Shown here: one piece after another, positions 1-10,769 of the stretch
How the letters are laid out: the number at the start of each line of letters is the position of its first letter
Numbering within the stretch: position 1 is the stretch's first letter
Origin: a virus
DNA: 64,000 bases
IMG/VR virus record: IMGVR_UViG_3300046804_003780
Direction: 5' to 3' (one strand)
Program-made: the position numbers and the translations under genes
Notes under the pieces: model-generated
Databases searched by the model: none
Seen by the model: the letters and a program-made list of their open reading frames with translations, nothing else
What the model was told of the DNA's origin: nothing

Positions 1-3000
1 TCCTTGATTTCCTAAAGGATTTGGTAAAGTTATGTTATAATTGCTGCCAGTAATATTTACTAATGCGCCTGACCTTGATAAGGGCAGTGTTGTTGCTGAA
101 CTTACACTAAGATATGAACCAATTAGTCCACTTGTGTTTATAATACCCGAAGCATTTATATTAGTTACATTGCCTAAATTACCTGTATAATTTGGTAAGA
201 AATTAGCTACATTTCCATCATTGTAAACATTTGTGTTTACACCTGTGAGGAAAGCGCCATTACCAAATAAGAAGGCACCCGTAATATTGCCTGCTGCACT
301 TAATACATTTGCTGTTACACGATTTCCAGCAGTTATATTTTCAAATACACTAATATTGCCACCAAATCCAGAATCAATTGCTACGCTAAAGTTACCAGGT
401 GAGATTGTAGCTACACTTGCACCACCAACCGTAACACTTATATTACCATTTGCTACAGGAATATTAATATTACTAACACCATTTGCAATACGTGCAACGT
501 TAGCTGTTACGTTTGTAAGTAGTGCTCCATTACCTACAAATTGATTGCCTGTAATAGTACCTACAGCAGATATACTACCACTTGCTAAAATATTGTTACC
601 TGACGCTATATTTCCAGCAGCACTTACAAGATTGGTAGCATATAAATTACCTACGTTGGCATTTGCAGATGCAGTTATGTTAGCACCATTTATGTTACCT
701 GTTGTGCTAAGAGCGTTGCCAATAATATTATTTCCGTTAATATTTCCAGTAACTGATATATTACCAGATCCACTTAAAAGATTACCTAAATTAGCAGAGC
801 CAATATTAAGTTGTCCTGTTATTGTTGTAGTACCAGTTACTGATAAATTTGCACTTGTTGAAATGTTTCCTGTTGCACTAATTGTACCAGCTGTCGTAAT
901 ATTTTGTCCAGTTACGGTACCTGCTGCGCTTAATGCACCTGCTAAATTAAGGTTTGAATTTGAAGAAATATTTCCTGTTACACTCAAATTACCATTTAAA
1001 TTAGCTAATTGAGGCGATATAACTAACACATTAGGTGTGCCACTTACACCAAAGTTAATATTACCTGCATTAATAGGAATTCTTACATTACTTGATCCAT
1101 TTGCAATTGCTGTCCCTATTGACGGTGTAGTAAAACTTAAATTACCTGCTCCATCAGTAGTTATTACATCTCCTGCATTCCCTCCAAGTATGTTAAGACT
1201 ATCTATATTTGCTAGGTTTGCATTACCTGTAAGCGATAATTCACCTCCAACTCTAACACCTGTCGCTGTTACAGTAAAGACATTTGCAACACTTTGTACA
1301 CTGATTGTTACATTAGCATTAGGATTAACAACAACATTACTATTGCCACCTACTATTTGATTTGATGCTGGTAATGAACCAAATGTTAAGTTACCATTTG
1401 CGTCAACAACAGTTAGTACTTGATTTGCAATACCACCTGTTACTTTTAATCTAGCTATGTCAGTTAAAATATTACCGTTCGCAGTTAAACTACCACTTAC
1501 ACTCACTCCAGTGTTACTAAATATAGCAGATGTAACACCGGTAGCTACTATGTTAACAGGACCATTAATATTTTGAATGTTTACATTACTTGTACCGTTA
1601 CTGATTTGTGATGTGGGTGGACTTGCTACCCATGTAAGATTACCTTGTCCATCAGTAGAAAGCAATTGATTAGCCGCGCCACCTGTAATAGTTACATTGC
1701 CTATAGGACCTAAGTTTGATCTACCTGAAACAGTGATTCCCGTATTTGCAACTACAAATACGTTCGCATTACCTGCCACACTTGTACGCACATTGCCACT
1801 TAGATCAATAGTTATATTACTTTGTCCATTTGATATTGATGGTGCGATTGGTGCGGGTGCGAATGATATATTTCCAGAACCATCAGTTATAATAATGTTG
1901 TTAGCATTTCCACCTTGAATTTTAACGTTACTAATATTTCCTAAATTAGCAAGGCCAGTATTTACTATACCCGTTGCACTTACTGTGCTTGTAATAATAC
2001 CAGTGTTAGTAAACTGGGTAACATTAGGGGTACCAGCAACACTTACTCTTATATTTGTATTAGCACCAACTACTATATTACTACTACCATTGACGATACT
2101 TTGTGTTGCTGGTGCTGAAGCCCAACCAATTAAACCAGCGTTACCTGTTGTAGTTAATACCTGACCTGTTTGTCCACCTAAAATCCTTAAGTTAGCGATA
2201 GTGCCTAAGTTTACAGGAGCGAAAAAGTTTACTGCTTCATTAAATACTGCGTTTACATTACTAGCAAATGTCGATTGTTCTACTCTAATTCTATTAGCGA
2301 AGCCAGCAACTGTAAATTCTATATTAGCATTTTCTTCAATATTAATAGCACTAAGTCCATTAGCAACTCTATTTGCTGTAGGAGAAAGCCAAGATAAATT
2401 ACCTACCCCGTCTGTTGATAAAATTTGACCTTTAAGGCCTCCTAATATTCTAAGATTTGAAACCTGCCCTAATGCTACATTTGAAGTAAATTCAAAATTA
2501 ACGTTACCAGTAATATTACTTACAGTAAGATTGTTTAAGTTTCCTAAATCAGTGATATTATTTTGACTAGGTGACGTAAGAATTCCAGAAATAAAGTTTG
2601 CAGTTGCTAGATTCCCTAAGTTTGCATTACCTGTTCTAAGATTACCAACCACGCTTAATGACGTTAAATTACCCACTGCAGTAATATTTGCCTGTGATGC
2701 AAATGTAACAGTTGTTGCTACTAATGCATTAGGTACTTGTCCAGTTACATTAGCGCCAGGAATACCAAATAATCTTGAGGCATTTCCAGAAAACGTACCG
2801 CTTGTTACTCCATTACTCTTGTTAAAAGTAAGTGCTGATGAAGCTCCAAACACTCCATTGTCATTAAATTGAATACTTGTATTTGATCCAGCTGCTGGAA
2901 TAACTGCTGTTATGTTCGAGAATGACAAATTACCACTTCCATTTGTCACAAGAACCTCATTGTTGTTACCACCAAAAATTCTTAAGTTTGCTATGCTTCC

Positions 3001-6000
3001 TAAATTGGCTAAGTTACCTACTGTTAAATCATTTACAATCCCAGAAGAAATTATAGTATTTGCTGCATTAATAGTTAACTGATTTACGTTAGAGGTAAGT
3101 GATGTTTGACCTATTGCCACACCGACGTTACTTACTGCTAAACTGCGATAACTATTAGCAGGAGTACCTAAATCGTAAGTATTTCCAATATTTGGAATAA
3201 GATTAGATTGAACAAAATTTGCAACTGCTAAGTTATTAACAGTTGCATTAGAATTTATTGTCAGTGTATTAGCATTTAACGCATTGGATTGAATTGTACC
3301 AAATGCGCTAATATTTGAAGTAGATATTAAATTTGCTACATTCGCTAAATTACTAACAGTCAATCTATTAGCAATTGTTATATTATTACTTGAAATGTTT
3401 GCATTTACAGATAGATTGCCGGTTGAATTTAAATTTGCACCTGTAATGTTTCCGTTGGCAGTTACTAATCCGCCAGTTATAAGATTACCAACTGTAGCGT
3501 TTGCAACTATATTAGTAGTATTTGCATTAAGTATGTTAGACTGAATATTTGCGCTAGCAACAATTGAACCATTGGCACTGATATTGCTTAAAAAGGATGC
3601 ACCGTTTACAGTAAGCGTATTTGATATTGTTGTTAAAGGTAAGTTTGCATTTCCTGTAACACTTAGATTACCTGTTTGTATATTAGTGGTTAAAATATTA
3701 CCTGTAACATTAAAAGCTGAAGTAGTTAAAGAAGTTGCATTTAATGATGTTATATTTGCATTATTTGCATTTAAATTACTTACATTTGATGTATCAGCAG
3801 TCAGCAATCCAGTGATTGCAAAAGAGTTTTGACTTATTACTACTACATTTTGTGTATTGTTAACAGTAAAATTAATTGCATTTGTTGAAGGAATAATGAA
3901 AGTGTTTGTACCACTTGCCAAATTACCTCTTAAATTACCTAAAAAGAAATTAGCTACAACAGCATTTCCTAAACTTGCATTTGAACCTGATACTGTACCT
4001 GTTGTACTAATGGCTCCTGTTGCTGATAAACTTGCTACCTGTAAACTACCGCCTATCGTAGCATTACCTGATGCACTTAATCCTGTTGTATTTACATTTG
4101 CTGTTACACTTATATTTCCAGTGGAATTTACATTTGCTCCAACAACATTACCATTAGCAACAATTCCAGTAATACTCAACACACCGGATATATTTGCATT
4201 ACCCAAATTAGCATTATTCGCAACAAAGTTTCCTGCTGCTGTAATATTAGATGTTGATGATATGTTTCCAGTTACACTTAAATTGCCTGCAGCGGTTATA
4301 TTTAAACCTAGGATGTTACCTGATGCGCTTACAAAGCCTGTTGTCGAAACATTTGCTCCTGTCAAATTACCTGAGGCACTTACTACACCTGTAGTAAATA
4401 AATTAGCTCCTGTTATATTACCGGTTACACTGTGTGTTCCAGTAACTTGAACTCCCTGAGGAGTAATTAACTCTACGTTAGATACGCCACCTACGCTTAC
4501 ACCAACATTCCCGTTAGCCGCAACAGTAACATTACTATTACCATTTATAATTTGAGTGCCAGCACCAATAGTCAAATTAGTCAATAAACTTCCATCGCCT
4601 TGGAAGAAGTTTGCTCTTACTAAATTTCCTAAGTTAGCATTTTGACTAAGGATATTGCCATTTGCTGTTAATTGGCCTGCTATTGAAACACTCGCTGCAG
4701 AAACAGCACCCCCTACGCTTAGTGCTCCTGCTACCCCTAAAGGTCCAACATTAGCATTTCCTGTGACACTTAAATTTCCTGATGTTGCTAGATTAGTTCC
4801 TAAAACATTTCCATTTGCACTAAGTGCCCCAGAAGATAAACTACCTACACTTAGTGTGCCATTAGCAGTTATATTGCCAATTACAGTCAATCCTGTATTA
4901 TTAACTCTTACAACATTGGCAGTTCCTCCAGATCCAATTCGAATCTCTCCGTTAATGCTTGGTATAGAAACATTGCTTGTGCCGTTCGTTAGTTGATTAA
5001 GTGAACTTTGATTTCCTAAATTAATTCCTGTTAAAAATGCACCGTTACCTAAAATATAATTGTCTGATCTTATATTCCCTGTCGTACTAATTTCATTTGT
5101 GACGATTAAATTATTTGTTGTCACATTGCCCGAAACAGAAATATTTCCTGAATTTACCTGTTGTCCAATTAAAGTGCCTACCGCACTCACATTTCCTGAT
5201 GTGAGTAAATTTGCACCTATTACATTACCATTGGCACTAACTCGTCCCGCTGTAGTTATGTTTGCTCCTGATAAAGTACCATTTGCATTGATTGCGCTTG
5301 CTGCATTTAAGTTATTTGCTAAAACATTTCCTAATACACTTACGTTATTTGAATTTACGTTATTAGCAGAAATATTACCTGCTGTACTAATTTGAGTAGT
5401 GGCAATTAAATTTGCACCCTGTATATTTCCATTTGCAGTTACACTACCTGTACTTGATATAGTAGCTCCTCTAATATTAGAGTTAGAAACGATATTATTT
5501 GAAACATTTAAGTTTGCACTATTTAAATTTCCTGTTGCACTAATTGTTGTACTTTGAAGTATGTTAGTTAAAGGATTAAATGTTAAATTTGGACTTGCTG
5601 CCAAACCATCATTAATGTTATATTGAATTTGATTGGTTAATCCTGCAACAATGTCAGGTAACACAACTGGGCTCCAACTTAAATTACCAGTTCCATCTGT
5701 AACCAAAGTATAATCAGGATACCCTCCGGTGATTCTGACGTTTGAAACATCACCTAAATTTGTAATACCGTTTACATCCAGTCCCGTCAATGTGCCAACC
5801 GTAGTTATATTAGGTTGTGATGAAGAATTTGCTATTAATTTTCCAGATAAAAAATTCGCATAAACAGCATTAGCAATATTTGCGTTTTCAGCAGTAATTG
5901 TGTTACTTGCGATGCCGTTTGCATCTGAAGAAATTGACGTATTACCTAAATAAATCGTATTGCCTGATAACCATAGTTCTTTCCAACGTTGTGTTGGGCT

Positions 6001-7140
6001 TCCTAAATTTTGTTGTAAATCATCTTGGGGTATAAGATTACCTTTTACTACACCAGTTAATGAAAGATTTCCTATATTTGCATTACCTAGTGTGTTTAAT
6101 CCAGCTGATGTGACAACACCCCCTGCACTTATTTGTCCTGTAGTTCTTAAATTACCACCAGTAACATTACCTGTTGCACTAATACTTGAATTTGCATTTA
6201 CAGTTGTAAAATTAGCAGGCGCTGCGTTACCTGTTCCTAAACCAAGAGATCCTGTCAAGTTCGCTGAAGTAAGAAGCGTGGTTGTTATTCTTGTTATGTT
6301 TGCATTACCAGTTAATGATAAATTACTTGTATCTTTATTAAAGGTAAGATTTGCACTACCACCAAATAATCCAGCTGTATCTTGGAACTGAATTTGTGTG
6401 TTGGCACCACCTGGAGTCCCTGTGCCTGCTTGATAGAATGAACAAATAATATTACCTGTATTGGCAACTGCAGGGGTAAAACCTGTACTGTTGACTGCGT
6501 TAGCTAATCCTGGATCGCTATATATCGAAAAAGTTTTATTTGTTAATTTGACGCCATAATATTTGTTTGTATTGTTTTCACCAGACACCGCAATTTCAGG
6601 CATACCTGCTACACCAATAATAGTTAGTGGAATACCAGTGACAATAGTATTATCATTAATTGTAGTTACAACTGCTGGATTGGCTTTTGTAATGCCTTGT
6701 ATTCTAAATGTGCCAACACCAGTACCTTCCCAGCTCAAGTTACCAGTACCATCTGTGGTTAACACATAACCGTTTAATCCACCTCTTAGTACAACATTGT
6801 TAGCAGTTCCTAAATCTATTTTAATATTGCTTGTGCCACCAGCGTTAACCCATGTATTTGCATTAGCTACTAACACTTGACCTGTGTTGACAGGACTGTT
6901 TAGAGATATTTGTGTGTTAGCAGTACCGCCTATTTTAGACCAGTTGAGTACAGAAACTTCTGTTAAAATCTCTGTTTGAGTGGTTAGTGCATTGCCTGAA
7001 GGGGGAAATAGATTAGGATCATTCCCAATGTATAATCTGCGTTCGTCAGTTGCAAACCCTAATTCGCCCTCAGCTAGTTGGGGCAAGTCAACGTTAGCCC
7101 CTGTGCGGTGTTGAATCTTAGAAATCTGTATAATAGCCAT
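1..7140 (-). CDS. Giant tail-fibre/adhesin-like virion protein, >2380 aa, 3'-truncated at the window edge
   Basis: ATG at 7140 reads MAIIQISKIQHRTGANVDLPQLAEGELGFATDERRLYIGND (Mtd_N-like fibre N-terminus). The same frame is still open at position 1 (...NITLPNPLGNQG), and the track lists no closed minus-strand ORF here. Asn/Gly/Thr/Ala-rich repeats such as GGxxxxVLxTDGxGNLSW and ANLGN..ANFFxG. Confidence 0.85.
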   Translation of the reverse strand, partial: MAIIQISKIQHRTGANVDLPQLAEGELGFATDERRLYIGNDPNLFPPSGNALTTQTEILTEVSVLNWSKIGGTANTQISLNSPVNTGQVLVANANTWVNAGGTSNIKIDLGTANNVVLRGGLNGYVLTTDGTGNLSWEGTGVGTFRIQGITKANPAVVTTINDNTIVTGIPLTIIGVAGMPEIAVSGENNTNKYYGVKLTNKTFSIYSDPGLANAVNSTGFTPAVANTGNIICSFYQAGTGTPGGANTQIQFQDTAGLFGGSANLTFNKDTSNLSLTGNANITRITTTLLTSANLTGSLGLGTGNAAPANFTTVNANSSISATGNVTGGNLRTTGQISAGGVVTSAGLNTLGNANIGNLSLTGVVKGNLIPQDDLQQNLGSPTQRWKELWLSGNTIYLGNTSISSDANGIASNTITAENANIANAVYANFLSGKLIANSSSQPNITTVGTLTGLDVNGITNLGDVSNVRITGGYPDYTLVTDGTGNLSWSPVVLPDIVAGLTNQIQYNINDGLAASPNLTFNPLTNILQSTTISATGNLNSANLNVSNNIVSNSNIRGATISSTGSVTANGNIQGANLIATTQISTAGNISANNVNSNNVSVLGNVLANNLNAASAINANGTLSGANITTAGRVSANGNVIGANLLTSGNVSAVGTLIGQQVNSGNISVSGNVTTNNLIVTNEISTTGNIRSDNYILGNGAFLTGINLGNQSSLNQLTNGTSNVSIPSINGEIRIGSGGTANVVRVNNTGLTVIGNITANGTLSVGSLSSGALSANGNVLGTNLATSGNLSVTGNANVGPLGVAGALSVGGAVSAASVSIAGQLTANGNILSQNANLGNLVRANFFQGDGSLLTNLTIGAGTQIINGNSNVTVAANGNVGVSVGGVSNVELITPQGVQVTGTHSVTGNITGANLFTTGVVSASGNLTGANVSTTGFVSASGNILGLNITAAGNLSVTGNISSTSNITAAGNFVANNANLGNANISGVLSITGIVANGNVVGANVNSTGNISVTANVNTTGLSASGNATIGGSLQVASLSATGAISTTGTVSGSNASLGNAVVANFFLGNLRGNLASGTNTFIIPSTNAINFTVNNTQNVVVISQNSFAITGLLTADTSNVSNLNANNANITSLNATSLTTSAFNVTGNILTTNIQTGNLSVTGNANLPLTTISNTLTVNGASFLSNISANGSIVASANIQSNILNANTTNIVANATVGNLITGGLVTANGNITGANLNSTGNLSVNANISSNNITIANRLTVSNLANVANLISTSNISAFGTIQSNALNANTLTINSNATVNNLAVANFVQSNLIPNIGNTYDLGTPANSYRSLAVSNVGVAIGQTSLTSNVNQLTINAANTIISSGIVNDLTVGNLANLGSIANLRIFGGNNNEVLVTNGSGNLSFSNITAVIPAAGSNTSIQFNDNGVFGASSALTFNKSNGVTSGTFSGNASRLFGIPGANVTGQVPNALVATTVTFASQANITAVGNLTSLSVVGNLRTGNANLGNLATANFISGILTSPSQNNITDLGNLNNLTVSNITGNVNFEFTSNVALGQVSNLRILGGLKGQILSTDGVGNLSWLSPTANRVANGLSAINIEENANIEFTVAGFANRIRVEQSTFASNVNAVFNEAVNFFAPVNLGTIANLRILGGQTGQVLTTTGNAGLIGWASAPATQSIVNGSSNIVVGANTNIRVSVAGTPNVTQFTNTGIITSTVSATGIVNTGLANLGNISNVKIQGGNANNIIITDGSGNISFAPAPIAPSISNGQSNITIDLSGNVRTSVAGNANVFVVANTGITVSGRSNLGPIGNVTITGGAANQLLSTDGQGNLTWVASPPTSQISNGTSNVNIQNINGPVNIVATGVTSAIFSNTGVSVSGSLTANGNILTDIARLKVTGGIANQVLTVVDANGNLTFGSLPASNQIVGGNSNVVVNPNANVTISVQSVANVFTVTATGVRVGGELSLTGNANLANIDSLNILGGNAGDVITTDGAGNLSFTTPSIGTAIANGSSNVRIPINAGNINFGVSGTPNVLVISPQLANLNGNLSVTGNISSNSNLNLAGALSAAGTVTGQNITTAGTISATGNISTSANLSVTGTTTITGQLNIGSANLGNLLSGSGNISVTGNINGNNIIGNALSTTGNINGANITASANANVGNLYATNLVSAAGNIASGNNILASGSISAVGTITGNQFVGNGALLTNVTANVARIANGVSNINIPVANGNISVTVGGASVATISPGNFSVAIDSGFGGNISVFENITAGNRVTANVLSAAGNITGAFLFGNGAFLTGVNTNVYNDGNVANFLPNYTGNLGNVTNINASGIINTSGLIGSYLSVSSATTLPLSRSGALVNITGSNYNITLPNPLGNQG

Positions 7141-7170
7141 AGTATAATTCTTAAGAAAAGATGATTATAC

Positions 7171-7177
7171 TATTTAT
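7171..7177 (-). promoter_or_regulatory. T4-late-like promoter motif (A)TAAATA upstream of the giant fibre gene
   Basis: The same motif precedes many structural genes (9325, 10267, 27494, 29260, 30819, 32931, 33548, 35474, 36658; on + at 35489, 45606, and 54745 TATAAATA). Confidence 0.6.
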
Positions 7178-7198
7178 CAATCTATTTTAGATTGGAAA

Positions 7199-7888
7199 CT
7201 ATAGGAATTTACTGTAATATTCGTCTAGTTTGCGAAACCAAAGGTCAGAATATTTGTCAAATTCTAATCCTTCAACTACAAATTCTAAGTATTCATTATC
7301 GGCGGTACACATAAAAATAACTCCTTTTCTTATGTTTGTACCATGAACTTCATTATGTGCATTTGCATAGGCTGCTGATTGAATAAAATAATCTTCAATC
7401 CATTCACGCTTTTTAACTTTATTACTTTGTTTGTGATCCATGATTGCCTCAGCACCGTCATGTATGCCACATAAATCGGTAGTACCAGCGTAAATTTTAG
7501 GAAAATAAAGAGGAACTTCAACTCCCCATGCTTCATTTACTTTTGAAAGGCCTTTTGTAATAATACTCTGTGCCATTTTATGACTTTGAATGCTATATGG
7601 ATTGCTTCCTGGCTCTTTAAGAATTCCTTCTTTTATATAATCCTCTATGAACTTATGCATTCTTGTACCACGACCTGCTGCTTCTGTTGTGATTTCTTGC
7701 GCACGTTTGTGACCTACACGATTGCGCCACTCCATTAATGCTTTTTTGCTTTCTTCTGATTTGGTCGCATCTAATATTGTAGTAACACTTGGAAGTTTTT
7801 CTCCATCCGGCGTAGCATACTTTCTTGAACCGTCAATTGTTTCTTTGCTAAACTTAACGTAATTAAATTTGTTTGGATTATACATCAA
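7199..7888 (-). CDS. PD-(D/E)XK exonuclease (phage exonuclease / MGME1-like)
   Basis: LPSVTTIL, RGTRMH, E-V-P-L, YAGTTD, DHKQS, QSAAYA motifs. Confidence 0.85.
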   Translation of the reverse strand: MMYNPNKFNYVKFSKETIDGSRKYATPDGEKLPSVTTILDATKSEESKKALMEWRNRVGHKRAQEITTEAAGRGTRMHKFIEDYIKEGILKEPGSNPYSIQSHKMAQSIITKGLSKVNEAWGVEVPLYFPKIYAGTTDLCGIHDGAEAIMDHKQSNKVKKREWIEDYFIQSAAYANAHNEVHGTNIRKGVIFMCTADNEYLEFVVEGLEFDKYSDLWFRKLDEYYSKFL

Positions 7889-7921
7889 GTCATTGTATTA
7901 CAGATTTACTAATAATACAAC

Positions 7922-8248
7922 TTAAATGGTGAAGCTTTCCCCACAACCACAGCGCGCCTTTTCTTTCGGATTTATAAAGTTAAAGCCTTCATTTAATCCC
8001 TCACGCTTCCATTCCATTGTAAGCCCATCTACATAAGGTAAATCTTTATTGTTAACAACTACAATTAAATCAGCTATGTTGTAACTCATGTAACTGCCTT
8101 GTGTAGGAAGGTTATCAACATATTCAAGTTTATATGCTAAACCACTGCATCCAGTAGTTTGGACTCCTATCATTATGCCTAATCCTTTACCACGCTTTTG
8201 AATTTGTTGTTTGACTTTGTTTGCTGCTTTTTCTGTAAGAGTAATCAT
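7922..8248 (-). CDS. iscA: Fe-S cluster assembly A-type carrier (IscA/HesB)
   Basis: MITLTEKAA, TGCSGLAY, C-terminal CGCGESF. Confidence 0.95.
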   Translation of the reverse strand: MITLTEKAANKVKQQIQKRGKGLGIMIGVQTTGCSGLAYKLEYVDNLPTQGSYMSYNIADLIVVVNNKDLPYVDGLTMEWKREGLNEGFNFINPKEKARCGCGESFTI

Positions 8249-8574
8249 CGTTTATCGCTTGCACGTTGAGCCATTTTTGCTACAGTTTTTTCTGCATCAT
8301 CTACGCTCATTGGTTTTTTACCGTCAACCTTTTGACCCTTAAAAATTATTTCATCACCCTTTATATCGTCAATGATGTTGACTAAAGGTTCTTTAGTAAT
8401 CATGTCACGCAAATCGCTTATATCGACACTTATATCATTTGAATTCATAAGTTGAATAAATGCATCTACTGACATCGGTTTATTTGCATGTAGGTATTTG
8501 CCTTTAAGTTGGTCGGCAATAGCGACCAACTTAACACGTAAAGGATCATCACCTACAAATTCAAATAAACGCAT
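8245..8574 (-). CDS. Hypothetical protein, probably virion/head (MRLFEF N-terminus)
   Basis: ORF track; shares an N-terminal motif with other late genes. Confidence 0.6.
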   Translation of the reverse strand: MRLFEFVGDDPLRVKLVAIADQLKGKYLHANKPMSVDAFIQLMNSNDISVDISDLRDMITKEPLVNIIDDIKGDEIIFKGQKVDGKKPMSVDDAEKTVAKMAQRASDKR

Positions 8575-8576
8575 TA

Positions 8577-9302
8577 TTATCTTTTACCGCGACCTAATTT
8601 TGGAGAAGGAATTTCTTCACTATCCATTTCATCTTCAGGTTGTGTTGATAATTCTTCTGCATCTTGAGCCATTGCGTCTACTTCTTCACCAGGCATTCCA
8701 CCTGCCATATCTGCACCAGGCATTCCCATACCAGGCATGCCAGCTGCAAATCCAGAACCTTGGCCAGTTACGACATTTAACGCACTCTGTAATCCTGACT
8801 TTGCTTGCGTTAAAGCAGCTTGCAATCCGGTCAATGCTTCAGTAGCCATTGAGTTAAACTGCTCACCTTGATCGCCGCCCATTTCACCGCTTACGCTATC
8901 TACTACGGCTGGAAGTTCTTTAACTAGCATGTCAGAAACATCTTCTATCATTTTCTGAACACTATCCATCATATCTTTGGCTGCAAGAACAACTTGCGCT
9001 TGTTCAATTTCTTCATTTTCTACAACAATTCGACTATTATATTTTGGTTGTGCTTTTAATTCAGAATAGTAGTCTGAAAGGGCTTGCTCCATAAATACAA
9101 GTTTTAGGTATTGAGGATTGTTTTCGCTTGAGTAAACCTTGTCAGTTTCTTTTACTTCGCTAAGTAGATTTTTTACTTTCCCAAGCATATCCCTAGTTTG
9201 CGTAAGACTCAGCTTTTCAACTGGAAGATCCGTGTTAAAGTTCTCTCTTAGAGCCTTTTTGGCCATTGCGTAAGGTTTTTGATTAAATTCTGTAAGTTTC
9301 AT
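8577..9302 (-). CDS. Acidic helical protein, probable prohead core/scaffold-type
   Basis: Start MKLTEF at 9302; acidic low-complexity tail ending LGRGKR; TAAATA upstream. Confidence 0.5.
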   Translation of the reverse strand: MKLTEFNQKPYAMAKKALRENFNTDLPVEKLSLTQTRDMLGKVKNLLSEVKETDKVYSSENNPQYLKLVFMEQALSDYYSELKAQPKYNSRIVVENEEIEQAQVVLAAKDMMDSVQKMIEDVSDMLVKELPAVVDSVSGEMGGDQGEQFNSMATEALTGLQAALTQAKSGLQSALNVVTGQGSGFAAGMPGMGMPGADMAGGMPGEEVDAMAQDAEELSTQPEDEMDSEEIPSPKLGRGKR

Positions 9303-9342
9303 AGTAATTCCCAAAGATGTATAGTATTTATCAAGATTCCAA

Positions 9343-9834
9343 TTATTTATAGGAACTTTGATTCAACCAATTTAGTTGATAATTTTTAGCTTTTTGTCCT
9401 AAAACTGATAGTTCTGATATCACTGAGGTTTGTTTCAATTTATTCTCAATTATTTTATTTAGATATATAAACTTTTTGTCTTTTTCTTTAGACTTTTTCA
9501 GATATCTTTCACATAAATTTATAGAAATGTCTAATCCGTTCAATTGATTATCTAGGAACTTAACACGGTCTGCTTCAACAATTTTATTTTTGTTGTCTAA
9601 CGTACACCAAGTCAAAGCGTACTTTAGGGTACAAAAAGCATTTATTTGGTCATTGTACAATTGTATTACTTGATACCCTTTTACCGTTTTCTTAATAATA
9701 TATTTCTCAAAAACTCTATATCCGTCTTTTTCTTGGATTATAACAAATTTTTTGATATTATTTACTGTAGCAGGATCTATTATTTTTTGAATAGATTTTA
9801 AAAATTCTTTATCAGTCATAGGATAAAATTTCAA
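9343..9834 (-). CDS. Hypothetical protein
   Basis: ORF track, co-directional with neighbours. Confidence 0.6.
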   Translation of the reverse strand: MKFYPMTDKEFLKSIQKIIDPATVNNIKKFVIIQEKDGYRVFEKYIIKKTVKGYQVIQLYNDQINAFCTLKYALTWCTLDNKNKIVEADRVKFLDNQLNGLDISINLCERYLKKSKEKDKKFIYLNKIIENKLKQTSVISELSVLGQKAKNYQLNWLNQSSYK

Positions 9835-10261
9835 AATATATATTACGTAGTTCGGGACTAATATCTAAACTTGTAGGTATATTATGGGGACTTTTCCCAG
9901 TTTTGATCATAGGTACGTCCTCACAGTCATTGTATAGAGCACCTAAATCATCTTTTCCGTCTGAGAATACGCTAGCATAATTGACTATAAAATCAAAATA
10001 CCAATAATTTTGAGTTTCAGTAAAATCATATAAAAATCCAAATTTATCAATATTCTTGTCATCACTGTTTAGAAAAGGTTCTGTGACGTTTTCAGGCTGA
10101 GCCCTTAATGAAATAACTTGTATTATTGTGTCTAAATTACACTGTGTGCTTCTTTTATTTTGCCACTCTAAAGCTTCCTCAACTGAAGCGTCTAGTAACT
10201 TTTTCTTATTTGTTACATTAGTTTTTGTAATATCAAACAAGCTATAACATCTTATTCTCAT
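9812..10261 (-). CDS. Hypothetical protein
   Basis: ORF track; ATG 5 nt after TAAATA. Confidence 0.65.
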   Translation of the reverse strand: MRIRCYSLFDITKTNVTNKKKLLDASVEEALEWQNKRSTQCNLDTIIQVISLRAQPENVTEPFLNSDDKNIDKFGFLYDFTETQNYWYFDFIVNYASVFSDGKDDLGALYNDCEDVPMIKTGKSPHNIPTSLDISPELRNIYFEILSYD

Positions 10262-10281
10262 AAAGTTATTTATAGAGGTAA

Positions 10282-10308
10282 AAAAACCCGAGAAATTCTC
10301 GGGTTTTT
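10282..10308. terminator. Rho-independent terminator (bidirectional)
   Basis: AAAAACCCGAGA-AAT-TCTCGGGTTTTT. Confidence 0.85.
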
Positions 10309-10323
10309 AAAACTAAAATTTAT

Positions 10324-10695
10324 TTAGTTTGTGAATGTTGCTGATGAAGCTACAGACACGTTTGCGCTTGACCAAGCATTTGACAATTCATTGTCAAGTG
10401 TTGTGGTTGTCCATGCGCTAACTGGATAAACAGCGATTGCTAATGTATCGTCGGTTGCGTTTGTATATTCATACATATGAATAGTTGCCAATTGCTGTAC
10501 TGTTTGAAAAACAGTTGCAATGTTGTCTAGAACTTGTGATCCGTTACCTGTGATGGTAAAGAACTCAAGCTTTGGACCTTGTGGTTGTACTGTTACTGCT
10601 GAAGTGATTGCGTTCAATGAACCTACAGCATAGTTAGCTGCATCATAATTCATTACTGGTTGAAAATCACCGTGTACTTTTGTAAATTGTGCCAT
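10324..10695 (-). CDS. Small probable virion structural protein
   Basis: Strong SD (TAAGGA), own terminator, Ala/Thr/Ser-rich composition. Confidence 0.55.
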   Translation of the reverse strand: MAQFTKVHGDFQPVMNYDAANYAVGSLNAITSAVTVQPQGPKLEFFTITGNGSQVLDNIATVFQTVQQLATIHMYEYTNATDDTLAIAVYPVSAWTTTTLDNELSNAWSSANVSVASSATFTN

Positions 10696-10769
10696 GATAT
10701 CTATTCCTTATAAAATGTGAGCGCAAAGGCTCTACTTTTATTTATTCCATATATTAGAAAATGGATACC

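Noticed and set aside
6480-6720. E1-FCCH-like domain (ITKANPAVVT...) in the giant fibre as part of a ubiquitin pathway
   Set aside because: This small beta domain is common in phage structural proteins. No E1 adenylation, E2 or JAB gene is visible in the window.
233-6769. Many plus-strand hydrophobic ORFs (and minus-strand ORFs at 46041-47966)
   Set aside because: Antisense shadows of the Asn/Gly/Thr-rich fibre genes; mostly non-ATG starts, no SDs, repetitive L/P/V/F composition.
7000-7140. Diversity-generating retroelement suggested by the Mtd_N-like N-terminus
   Set aside because: No reverse transcriptase or adenine-variable TR/VR pair was seen in this window.
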